Source: an uncultured virus (IMG/VR IMGVR_UViG_3300029305_009146)
Lineage: Duplodnaviria; Heunggongvirae; Uroviricota; Caudoviricetes
Reading direction: 5' to 3' (one strand)
Virus record (IMG/VR): IMGVR_UViG_3300029305_009146
DNA: 30,507 nucleotides
In this document: positions 8,815 through 16,783 of the stretch, in pieces
How the letters are laid out: each line of letters begins with the position of its first letter
Position numbering within the stretch: the first letter of the stretch is position 1
Translations under genes and position numbers: made by a program
Notes under the pieces: model-generated
What the model was told of the DNA's origin: nothing
Seen by the model: only the letters and a program-made list of their open reading frames with translations
Database searches by the model: none

Positions 8815-8990
8815 TTGACACTCCCCATATCTAAAGAAGGGGGATTCTTTCTAGCTGCCATTGTGTGGCTGGACAGTCCGTTTCCGGCAGCCCGCACTGA
8901 AAGGTTCGGGTGTGCCATCACCCATCATAGGGCAGAGCATATAGCTCCCTATGCAGTATGTCCGACATTACTGTCGCCAACATACTCAGT
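8815..8990 (-). ncRNA. Predicted TnpB omegaRNA (reRNA) scaffold; 5' boundary approximate
   Basis: Inferred from the established TnpB architecture (tnpB 3' end to the right end); the guide would continue into the flank at 8814-8795. Confidence 0.55.
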
Positions 8991-10085
8991 TGAGTCGCAG
9001 ATGTTTCTGGCGCCCAACAGGTCTCGGTGTGTATGGTATCCGCAGGTACACCGGTAGTCCCGGTCGTCCGCGTGGTGAACGCTTCCACATTTCGGGCACT
9101 TCTGGCTCGTGAAGGCGGGATTTACATACAGCACTTTGATGCCTGCAAGCTTTGCCTTGTATTCTATGTACATGGCAAGTCGGTAGAAGCTCCATGTATG
9201 CAGGCTGTGGTTGTTTTTACGACTTTGTCTTGTCGTGGAACGGATATTGGATAACTGCTCCAGTTTGATGACCTTTACGCCATGAGCCATGGCAGTTTCA
9301 ATGATGTCCCGGCTCAGCTTATGGTCCAAGTCCTTCATAATCCGCTGTTCTTTATCATTGATGCGCTTAACTGCTTCCGGGTGCTTCGACTTTTGAAGCT
9401 TCTTACGCAGATACGCATAATGCCGGCGCATATACTTGTTCCGGCGGCCGTTTCCGTAGAATCGGACACTTCCGTCAGAGCAGTAGGATACCGCAGGGCA
9501 TTTGATGCCAAGGTCCACACCCATGACAGAACCATCATCTGTGAATTCCGGTTCCGGAAACTCGTAGACAATCTGTGCAACCATGTGGTTGCCCTTAACA
9601 ACAAGCCTCATGGTGCCAAGCTTGGCAGAAGACAGAAGTTCTTTCTGACGCTCCGTCACTTTCGTGGCTACGGAAATACGCTTGGCCTTTCCACAAACCA
9701 TGACCGGGAACTCAATGCGGTCCTCAAGGAGGCGAAAGTTCTGGTTATTGATATAACAGCACGGTTTCCGGAGTGTTGGAAGGCTTGGCGCTGTCACCCG
9801 GATATCCAGACCACGCTCCATCAGTCGGCGGTTCTTAAGAACGGCCTTACGGCAGAACTTATAATGCTTTGTCACGATGGACTTTGCATCCCGAATACAC
9901 TGGTTCTTTAGTGCCGACGGAAGGTCCGCAGCCACATCCTTGGAAGTGAGTTTCACAATGGAGATGCCTTTTGTTGCATCAGAAACAAGCCCGTTCACCG
10001 TAGCGATATATGTTTCCATCGTGGCGGATAGAATCTTTTGCTGTTCTTTTGTGGGGTACAGCTTAATGGTTTCTGATAACTGCAT
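8949..10085 (-). CDS. tnpB: RNA-guided endonuclease TnpB
   Basis: TIKLYPTKEQ N-terminus; RuvC residues GVDLG, IKLEQL and HRDLLGARNI; zinc finger TSQKCPKC...CTC; likely start MQLSET at 10085. Confidence 0.93.
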   Translation of the reverse strand: MQLSETIKLYPTKEQQKILSATMETYIATVNGLVSDATKGISIVKLTSKDVAADLPSALKNQCIRDAKSIVTKHYKFCRKAVLKNRRLMERGLDIRVTAPSLPTLRKPCCYINNQNFRLLEDRIEFPVMVCGKAKRISVATKVTERQKELLSSAKLGTMRLVVKGNHMVAQIVYEFPEPEFTDDGSVMGVDLGIKCPAVSYCSDGSVRFYGNGRRNKYMRRHYAYLRKKLQKSKHPEAVKRINDKEQRIMKDLDHKLSRDIIETAMAHGVKVIKLEQLSNIRSTTRQSRKNNHSLHTWSFYRLAMYIEYKAKLAGIKVLYVNPAFTSQKCPKCGSVHHADDRDYRCTCGYHTHRDLLGARNICDSTEYVGDSNVGHTA

Positions 10086-10243
10086 TGGAATCCCGAGCCT
10101 CCTTTTCTTTAAGAATGAGAGAAAGTATCCGCAAAACAACTGTGTGTATGCAGGGAGTAACAGTTGACGCCCTTATATCCCCATGGCTAAAGCGAGGAGC
10201 TTTACGGACTACTTCTGTAATACACCCTTTAACCTCCTTAGCG

Positions 10244-10624
10244 CTATCGTTCCATGCCCTCCTCAATCTCAGCGAACTGCTCTTCTAAATACTCGATATC
10301 ATCCAGCAGAGTCCCTATATCGTCATACAAACAGGAAGCATCGCACTCTGCCTCATCATACACTACCGTCAGTTCCGGAAGAGTTTTGCCGTAAAATCTG
10401 TCTTCGGTCTCTGCACGGTCGTACATATCCCGGTATGCCGTGAGGAGTGTCTTAGCACGGGAGATTGCAGCAAAGACATCATCCCTACGGACTTTATCCG
10501 CCTCTTCAAGAGCAGAAATTGCCATCTTAAAGGCGTGTGCCGCCGATGCATCCTTTGAAAAGAAATACGGTTGCTCATCATAATACTTCAATATCTCTAC
10601 TGCTTCTTTTTTTGTCATATTCAT
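10244..10624 (-). CDS. Hypothetical phage-like protein (MTKKEAVEIL...AFKMAISALE)
   Basis: SD AAGGAGG; ends EEGMER. Confidence 0.7.
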   Translation of the reverse strand: MNMTKKEAVEILKYYDEQPYFFSKDASAAHAFKMAISALEEADKVRRDDVFAAISRAKTLLTAYRDMYDRAETEDRFYGKTLPELTVVYDEAECDASCLYDDIGTLLDDIEYLEEQFAEIEEGMER

Positions 10625-10641
10625 ATTCGTTCTTCCTCCTT

Positions 10642-10905
10642 TTAATAAACATCCATTGTATTGAGTACACCAGTTACCAATGCATAATCAATCGGTCGGT
10701 TTAAATGCCGACAGTGAGTAAAATACTCTTCAATCCACCGGGCGACCACTATTATATGCGCAATAATATCTTCCGGTACAGACCCTCTGTATTGCTTCGA
10801 AGTATGTACAATCGTCTCCATACCATTCGGAGAAACATCTCCGTCACTTTTCATATCTTCTAAAAGCAAAAACTTTACTTTTTGAACATACTCGCCGGTT
10901 CTCAC
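10642..10905 (-). CDS. Hypothetical protein
   Basis: GTGA overlap with the upstream gene; in-frame KEEERI* follows its stop codon. Confidence 0.6.
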   Translation of the reverse strand: MRTGEYVQKVKFLLLEDMKSDGDVSPNGMETIVHTSKQYRGSVPEDIIAHIIVVARWIEEYFTHCRHLNRPIDYALVTGVLNTMDVY

Positions 10906-11177
10906 TCCCGCTCTTCCTCCTTATCCTTGGGTAAAGCCAGCAAAGGCCTCCTAATGACATCGATTGCTGTATCCAAGGCATCTTGATACCAGAATAATGT
11001 GGTCGCATCAAGCGCCACACAATGTTTTTCCTCTTCCAGCTCCTCTACCTTAGCCTCTATATCATAGGCGGTAGGGATACTGTCTATTACAGCTTCGATT
11101 TCATCGTCAAACTCTGCCTCTCGTAACTTATCCAAAATGTCTCGTCTTTTTAAAACATCAGCATCAATCAATCGCAT
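10902..11177 (-). CDS. Hypothetical phage-like protein (MRLIDAD... type)
   Basis: MRLIDAD...IDSIPTAYD pattern common in Clostridial phages and mobile elements; ends KEEERE. Confidence 0.7.
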   Translation of the reverse strand: MRLIDADVLKRRDILDKLREAEFDDEIEAVIDSIPTAYDIEAKVEELEEEKHCVALDATTLFWYQDALDTAIDVIRRPLLALPKDKEEERE

Positions 11178-11185
11178 ATCTTTCC

Positions 11186-11989
11186 CTACCTTTCCATATC
11201 TTCCTTCTCGGCCTGCAGATTTTCAAGCATCTCCTCTATCTTATCCAAATGCGCCTCGTCCATTGGTCTTCCGCCACGATTGAGCATTAGGAAGTATTTA
11301 AGTCTTGTTTCCCTGTCTGTATTGTTGACTTCTGCGTAATCGGCACTGTGTTCTAAAAAGGTGTTTTTGTCTTTTGCCGACAAATCGTTATAATAAACGC
11401 CCTGATACGGAAGTTTATTCTCGTAAAAAGCCATTAATGTAGTAAGACGCTGCTTTCCGTCTAACATTTCATAGCTTACTTCACGCTCCAGCCACTCTTC
11501 ATTATCTAAATGTATAAAGGCAAATTTTCCGATATCAACATTGTTGAACACGCTCCAGAGGAGCTTTTGCTTGTCTTCATCGTTCCATACAAGTCCACGC
11601 TGGTATTCCGGCTCAAAATCAACGCCAAAATGATAAGCAATGTGAAGGACACTCTCAATAGTCGATGAATTAAAATGCAACCTTACATCTTCATTTTTTG
11701 TAAAATTGGTTTCTCCCTTGGTAAACGGTCTTACATCCATCCAAGAACACACATGGCAGACTTCTGCGTCCTTAGAGGAAGTGTGTCTTATACAGCGGAG
11801 CACATAGGCTCGGCCGTCGTATAAAACTTCTTCTACGGTAGCGTCCTTTAATCTTCCACACGCCACTTTATCACCGACATTAAACTGATAGGACGGCTCC
11901 GGAATAAAGGGCAGCTCTCTTTCAATAAAGCTTATTCCTCTTTTCTTTTCTTGCTCCCATAATTCTTCTTTGGTTATTTCTTTTTTCAT
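11186..11989 (-). CDS. DUF262 (ParB-like/GmrS) domain protein with an N-terminal SH3-like extension
   Basis: PEYQRGLVW, MLDGKQRLTTL and FLMLNRGGRPM motifs; no HNH/DUF1524 domain. Confidence 0.85.
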   Translation of the reverse strand: MKKEITKEELWEQEKKRGISFIERELPFIPEPSYQFNVGDKVACGRLKDATVEEVLYDGRAYVLRCIRHTSSKDAEVCHVCSWMDVRPFTKGETNFTKNEDVRLHFNSSTIESVLHIAYHFGVDFEPEYQRGLVWNDEDKQKLLWSVFNNVDIGKFAFIHLDNEEWLEREVSYEMLDGKQRLTTLMAFYENKLPYQGVYYNDLSAKDKNTFLEHSADYAEVNNTDRETRLKYFLMLNRGGRPMDEAHLDKIEEMLENLQAEKEDMER

Positions 11990-12112
11990 GTTGTCTCTCC
12001 TTTGTTTTATAAGTCCACTAATCGTCCAGTTTCAAAACATCCATTGCATCATCAACGGAGATGCCAATGTCGTAACACCGATGAATTTTCTCGACAAATC
12101 GCCTCTATATCT

Positions 12113-12125
12113 GTTAAGGAAAAAA
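12113..12125 (-). promoter_or_regulatory. Conserved upstream motif copy 4 (heads the ~7.8 kb operon)
   Basis: gttaaggaaaaaa after the terminator at ~12146-12169. Confidence 0.72.
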
Positions 12126-12169
12126 ATCATAAACAGAAATAAAAAAAGAGGCGCTCGCCTCTCTTTTTT

Positions 12170-12670
12170 TTATTCTATCCATCCTGATATTTCGTTATAA
12201 TATTTTGAACCTTCGAGCCTGCCCGCCACAACATCCGTATATGCCTCCGGGATGACCAGCAAATCCCTGGTTTTGTATTCTTTTCCGCAGAACCACGCTG
12301 CAATATCCGGTTCCATATGCATAGTAAAAAAGACCGGAGAATCTACTTCGTCTGATGTAAGAACGATAAGCTCTTCCTCAGAACAACGAGTTGTTCTTCC
12401 ATCTACCCGAAAAACATAATATTCTTTATCATTATATTCTGTACGCAGAAATTCACCTTCTGCGATTTCTTCGGTTTTGCAGGCACTTGACACACAATAT
12501 TCTGTCTCTTCTGTAATCATAGGGATAACAGCTTCACTAAAGACAACAATTGAAACCCAGAACACAACAAGCCCAACAAAAAAACCATAAAACGAATCAT
12601 CCACACGCTTCGTAAAAAACACAAAACACATAAGCGCGATTACAATAGCAACATAAACACAGCCCGGCAT
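12170..12670 (-). CDS. Hypothetical membrane protein with two N-terminal TM helices
   Basis: Two hydrophobic stretches; SD AAAGGGGG. Confidence 0.7.
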   Translation of the reverse strand: MPGCVYVAIVIALMCFVFFTKRVDDSFYGFFVGLVVFWVSIVVFSEAVIPMITEETEYCVSSACKTEEIAEGEFLRTEYNDKEYYVFRVDGRTTRCSEEELIVLTSDEVDSPVFFTMHMEPDIAAWFCGKEYKTRDLLVIPEAYTDVVAGRLEGSKYYNEISGWIE

Positions 12671-12714
12671 GCTTAATATCCCCCTTTGTTAAAGTTAATT
12701 ATGCTTCTATTACA

Positions 12715-12727
12715 GTTAAGGGAAATT
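12715..12727 (-). promoter_or_regulatory. Conserved upstream motif copy 5
   Basis: gttaagggaaatt. Confidence 0.75.
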
Positions 12728-12746
12728 TTGAGGTGTTTTTCATTTT

Positions 12747-13397
12747 TTATATCAATTCTTTTTTGATTTCTTCTATAACCAGATTCAATTTCTCATAACA
12801 GACGGTCAATTGCTTTACTGTCTCCAAGGGGAGCTTTTCTCCGGAGGAGGTTACATACACCTCTCCGGAGTATGTAATTCGCGCAGAGGGACAGAGTGTT
12901 ATCTTTGTTACATTCCACGCCCTCCACAGTTTTTGTTCCGTCAGATGCCGTTCATCATGTGTTTTATACCATTCTTTTTCCTGTTCCAAGCACCAGAGAA
13001 GCTGGCGATGAAAGCATTCGTCGGCAAGGTCTGGGTAAATGTCGCCTCTCCCGGGGAGTTCCAGCTGAACAAAGCGTTCCATCCCGAAAAACACATATTT
13101 TCCGTGCCATACCTTGTCATCTACCAATTTTTTACTATCGTTATTCCTGAGCCATTTTCGCAAAGAGTTCGTCCACACGCACCCGAATTTATCTTTAGGA
13201 AGCTGTTCCTTGTCCGCGGCGTATTTATCCAAAAGAGCCAGCATATAAGACAAATTGCCTTCATGGAAACTATCCACAAAGGCAATCTTATCCTCTCGTA
13301 TTGTTGTTTTTTCGCACAGAAACACTGGCTCTTTTCTGGAAGAGCTTTTGCTTTCCATATAAAGTCTTAACTCCTCTACGTTCCACAGAAACACCAA
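12747..13397 (-). CDS. Hypothetical protein
   Basis: 216-aa ORF, TTG start with SD AAAGGGG. Confidence 0.65.
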   Translation of the reverse strand: MVFLWNVEELRLYMESKSSSRKEPVFLCEKTTIREDKIAFVDSFHEGNLSYMLALLDKYAADKEQLPKDKFGCVWTNSLRKWLRNNDSKKLVDDKVWHGKYVFFGMERFVQLELPGRGDIYPDLADECFHRQLLWCLEQEKEWYKTHDERHLTEQKLWRAWNVTKITLCPSARITYSGEVYVTSSGEKLPLETVKQLTVCYEKLNLVIEEIKKELI

Positions 13398-13409
13398 GCA
13401 TCAACCCCT

Positions 13410-13523
13410 TTAGCGCTCGTATACAGGCTCCAACTCCCCTCGAATCATACACTCATTTACACTCATGACAAACTCATTGATGCGGTCATAATCCGGATTC
13501 TCCGGCAAATCCGTGTCTTCTTT
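13410..13523 (-). pseudogene. 3' remnant of a gene (KEDTDLPENPDYDRINEFVMSVNECMIRGELEPVYER*), resembling the C-terminus of Pol-beta-type nucleotidyltransferases
   Basis: Start-less frame of 37 codons. The TxLPxxPDYxxIxEFxxxVNE pattern is recalled from Clostridial nucleotidyltransferases. Confidence 0.45.
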
Positions 13524-13555
13524 TCATACATTATATCACAAAGTTTCCTGATATT

Positions 13556-13568
13556 GTTAAGGTAAAAA
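13556..13568 (-). promoter_or_regulatory. Conserved upstream motif copy 6 (variant TTTTACCTTAAC)
   Basis: gttaaggtaaaaa after the terminator at ~13580-13611. Confidence 0.65.
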
Positions 13569-13612
13569 TTGGTAATAAAAGAAAGAGGCCGCTATGCAGC
13601 CCCTTTCTTTTT

Positions 13613-16600
13613 CTACTCTTTTTCAACTAGCTCCGCTTCCTTGTCCTCATGATACTGTTTGATGCAGTCTTCAAAGGTCATTCCGCGATACTTAATGGAT
13701 GCGCCGATGCATTCATTCATTGTGTTCTTATTTGGGAACAGGAAGGAGTTACAGTGATTCAGTGCCTCCCTGAGCTCTTTTATCTCGTCCGGTGTCTTGC
13801 CTTCAAGATATTTGATGTTTGCTACAATCCCGACAAGGTGCTCGGATGTCGCATTATCGACATCCCCCTTTTTAAGCTTGAACGCGGATTCTAATGTCTG
13901 CCCCGGATAAAGGCGAGCCATTAAATCGTTCAGTTCACTTAAGACATTTTTCTTTGCATACATCTCGATATACGCTTTAATGTCCTTCTCCTCAAGGAAA
14001 TCCGCATTCGGGAAGCCTTGTTCGATATAAAAGTCTTTTCCCGGATATGCCTTAGCAAACTGCTCTTCCAGCTCTTTGATAAGTTTATCCTTTCTAGCTG
14101 TTCTCTTTACCAGACTATCCAAGGATACGCCGCTTGCCTTTGCTTTGTTCTGCTTTGCAGCCAGCTGGGCTTTCTTCTGGCGAATGAAGTATTCGTTGAA
14201 ATCCACATCCATGTCTTTACCAATGGCACTGTAGCAGTTTCTGAGATACTGGTTTATAACACGGCCTTCCTTTTCGTTATTATATGCCGTATAATCACCG
14301 GTTACATACAGCTCTTTTCTTGCACGGGTAAGGGTTACAAATAGTAGACGTCTGCGCTCTTCCACTTCCTCGTCGTCTCTTCTGAGAACATGGTAGCGTT
14401 CACCATCAAACTTGGTCACAGAACAGTATACATGGTCCCACTCAAGGCCTTTTGACGAATGCGCGGTGGTAAGAACAACACCATCGTATTTCGCTTCCTT
14501 CTTAAAAGCGGATTTTTGCCCATACATCTCAAAATCATGCAGGTAGCGGTAGAGGTCGGCAATCGTGTTTCTTCTCTCCACCTTTTCAAGGAAGGATTGA
14601 AATACCTCATCCTCTTTGTCCGGGTCAAGCTGGTTTACGATATCCATGAAGCCCTGTTTGGTTTGCGGAGTCGCTTCCAGTTCAATCTTAAAATCAGTAA
14701 TGAGTTTATCAAGCTCCTTATCCGTGTAATTTGCCAACAGCGTGTTTCCGGAGTAAATATTGAGAAGCTCTAAGATTCCGGCAGTTGTTCCATAGTGGTA
14801 GGAATCCCCGAAACTCAGAACAGCTTTTACTTTACTGTTTTCAATGTACGGCTCCGGGTTCATGAGAACCACAGGGATATCTTTCTTGGCCAAAATATCA
14901 GCCATTTTTTGAAGTTCATACTTTGTGTAACCAATGAAACAGATATCGGAGGTGCGAACACCGTCTTTTACCTTTTTCTCAATCTCGTTGGCAATGTATT
15001 CATATTCTTCGTCCTGAGAATAAAATCCCTGAACAATTGGTATTATACCGGGTGCTTTTGTCGGCACAAGGTCCTTTTCCACACGGCGAACATTCATCGC
15101 GTTGATTCTGTTTGCCATCTTTATAATCTCCGCCTGGCTACGGTGGTTTTCAAGCAGGTAATAGTCCTTGCCGGCGCCGAAGTAATTGAAGAAGTCAATT
15201 AAATACTCCGGAGAGGTATTTCGGAATGAAAAAATAGCCTGAGAATCGTCACCTACAGCAAGGAAAGACTTAAACTTCGGAGTATTAATCATCTCCTGCA
15301 AAAGCTTGATTTGTGGCAGGTCGGTATCCTGGAACTCATCAACTACGATATGCCGAAAGCCCATCTTGTCGAACAAGGTCGGGTCAGACTTAAGCAAATC
15401 AAACACCATAAGGAGCTGGTCATCGTATTCTACAAGGTTTCGTGCCTTTAAAAGGTTACAGAAATCCTCGTATGCCTGGAACAAGACAGTAATTGAAGGC
15501 TCGCTCAAATGTTCAATCTTATGATTGAGTCTTGTCCACCCGTTTTTCTTAATCTGGGCAAAGGTTTCTACCGCGCTCCAGAGCGCACCCTTTGCACGCG
15601 CCATATTCATAGTGAAGTTGAGGTAATCCCACTCGGAAATTGGGGAATACTTGTCTAAAATCTCCTTGATTACACCGCACTTGGTTTCGTCGTCAATAAC
15701 ATCCGGCGGCGCAAGGAAACCAAGTTCCATATAGCGCTCCTCCAGAATCTTCTGGCAAAAACTGTTGAAGGTGGCAGATGTGATACGTGAGGTGTCCACA
15801 TCAAGACCAAGCTCCGCACAATATGCCTGAATTCGCTCCGTCATCTCAAGCGCACCGGAATTGGTAAAGGTGAGAAGACAAATATCATCCGGTTCTGCTC
15901 CGTTCATAAGCAGGTTTACAATGTTCATTGCTACAACAAGCGTTTTACCGGCGCCGGCACCGGCATTGATTCTACCAACACCCTCGTTGTGTGCAATCGC
16001 TTCTTCCTGTGCATCCGAGAGCATGATATCGGCAACCGGCTTTACGCTCTTCGGTTCTTCACTCGGCTTCTTACTGCCGATATAATGACAGATATTGTTC
16101 TGCGGACAGCTTACGCAGTCATCCGGAGAACACTCCGCTGTAAGGTTCTTATACTCCCCTTCAAAAAACGAATCACGGGCCGCATCATAAATTTGTTCAT
16201 GGTGTTTTTTTGTGGCTCTCTCGTCATAATAATCCATGGTCGCAATAGAACCCTTACCGGTATCGGACGGGCCCTTCAAATGATAATAGGAAGAGGAAAT
16301 CTTTGTAGCGTTCGGGAACATCTTCTTCGCCCAAAGACTCATGGCGTAGAGTTCCAAAGATTCATTGCTGGACTTTTGCGTTCCCGGGCTCGAGGTCTTT
16401 ATCTTGCAAACCTCCACATTGTCGCCATTTACGGTATAGAAATCAAAATTCGGGATAACATCCTCTCCAAATAAGTTCACAACCTCATTACCTCTCGGGA
16501 ACTGCAGAACACGTCCCTCGCTTGCCACATAGCGGCGGATATACCGGTCATAGGACTCCAGCACCCGCTCCTTCTGGGTACGGTTTTCGAAATTATGTCC

Positions 16601-16783
16601 TTTTTCTTCCAGAACCTTTTCAAGCTCAGCAGATACATTCGCAATTTTCTCTCCTTTTAACATACGAAGAGTTACTGCTTTTACCGCGCCGGATACCAGC
16701 GCATGATTGCTGGTGGTAGAGAGGTCAATATTTCTTCTTCTTAAACAAGATGACATTTTATTAAGTTCACTTGCTTTTCTCAT
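13613..16783 (-). CDS. UvrD/PcrA-family SF1 helicase with an N-terminal PD-(D/E)XK-like, Cys-cluster domain
   Basis: LSDAQEEAI, AGAGAGKT, LLTFT, VVDEFQDT, VGDDSQAIFSFR, LENHRS, TAHSSKGLEW and EERRRLLFVTLTRAR; N-terminal FDFY..VEVCKIKT, ELYAM and CxxxxCxxCxxxxxC. Confidence 0.9.
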   Translation of the reverse strand: MRKASELNKMSSCLRRRNIDLSTTSNHALVSGAVKAVTLRMLKGEKIANVSAELEKVLEEKGHNFENRTQKERVLESYDRYIRRYVASEGRVLQFPRGNEVVNLFGEDVIPNFDFYTVNGDNVEVCKIKTSSPGTQKSSNESLELYAMSLWAKKMFPNATKISSSYYHLKGPSDTGKGSIATMDYYDERATKKHHEQIYDAARDSFFEGEYKNLTAECSPDDCVSCPQNNICHYIGSKKPSEEPKSVKPVADIMLSDAQEEAIAHNEGVGRINAGAGAGKTLVVAMNIVNLLMNGAEPDDICLLTFTNSGALEMTERIQAYCAELGLDVDTSRITSATFNSFCQKILEERYMELGFLAPPDVIDDETKCGVIKEILDKYSPISEWDYLNFTMNMARAKGALWSAVETFAQIKKNGWTRLNHKIEHLSEPSITVLFQAYEDFCNLLKARNLVEYDDQLLMVFDLLKSDPTLFDKMGFRHIVVDEFQDTDLPQIKLLQEMINTPKFKSFLAVGDDSQAIFSFRNTSPEYLIDFFNYFGAGKDYYLLENHRSQAEIIKMANRINAMNVRRVEKDLVPTKAPGIIPIVQGFYSQDEEYEYIANEIEKKVKDGVRTSDICFIGYTKYELQKMADILAKKDIPVVLMNPEPYIENSKVKAVLSFGDSYHYGTTAGILELLNIYSGNTLLANYTDKELDKLITDFKIELEATPQTKQGFMDIVNQLDPDKEDEVFQSFLEKVERRNTIADLYRYLHDFEMYGQKSAFKKEAKYDGVVLTTAHSSKGLEWDHVYCSVTKFDGERYHVLRRDDEEVEERRRLLFVTLTRARKELYVTGDYTAYNNEKEGRVINQYLRNCYSAIGKDMDVDFNEYFIRQKKAQLAAKQNKAKASGVSLDSLVKRTARKDKLIKELEEQFAKAYPGKDFYIEQGFPNADFLEEKDIKAYIEMYAKKNVLSELNDLMARLYPGQTLESAFKLKKGDVDNATSEHLVGIVANIKYLEGKTPDEIKELREALNHCNSFLFPNKNTMNECIGASIKYRGMTFEDCIKQYHEDKEAELVEKE

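Larger units (their letters stand above)
8815..10216 (-). mobile_element. IS200/IS605-family element, tnpB-only (IS1341-like, non-autonomous), 1402 bp, with IS608-type ends
   Basis: Inserted 3' of TTAC with no target duplication. Left end AAAG-CTCCTCGCTTTAGCCATGGGGA hairpin; right end GAAT-CCCCCTTCTTTAGATATGGGGAGTG-TCAA. No tnpA. Confidence 0.92.
8473..10225 (-). pseudogene. 116-aa gene interrupted after codon 3 by the IS (join 10225-10217 + 8814-8473): MYY|RYEAKKNGEYVGIF...EQENDLER*
   Basis: SD AAGGAGG and GTG TAT TAC on one side; AGA TAT GAA... open for 113 codons on the other. Removing the IS restores the frame exactly. Confidence 0.88.

Noticed and set aside
8949..10085. Cas12f / type V CRISPR effector
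   Set aside because: No repeat array, and it is flanked by clear IS608-type ends, so it is a transposon TnpB.
8815..10216. IStron (group I intron-IS chimera)
   Set aside because: Only ~130 nt lie between the left end and the tnpB start, too short for a group I intron core.
4284..12125. Prophage
   Set aside because: The small genes are phage-like, but no terminase, capsid, tail or lysis genes are present, whereas conjugation genes are.
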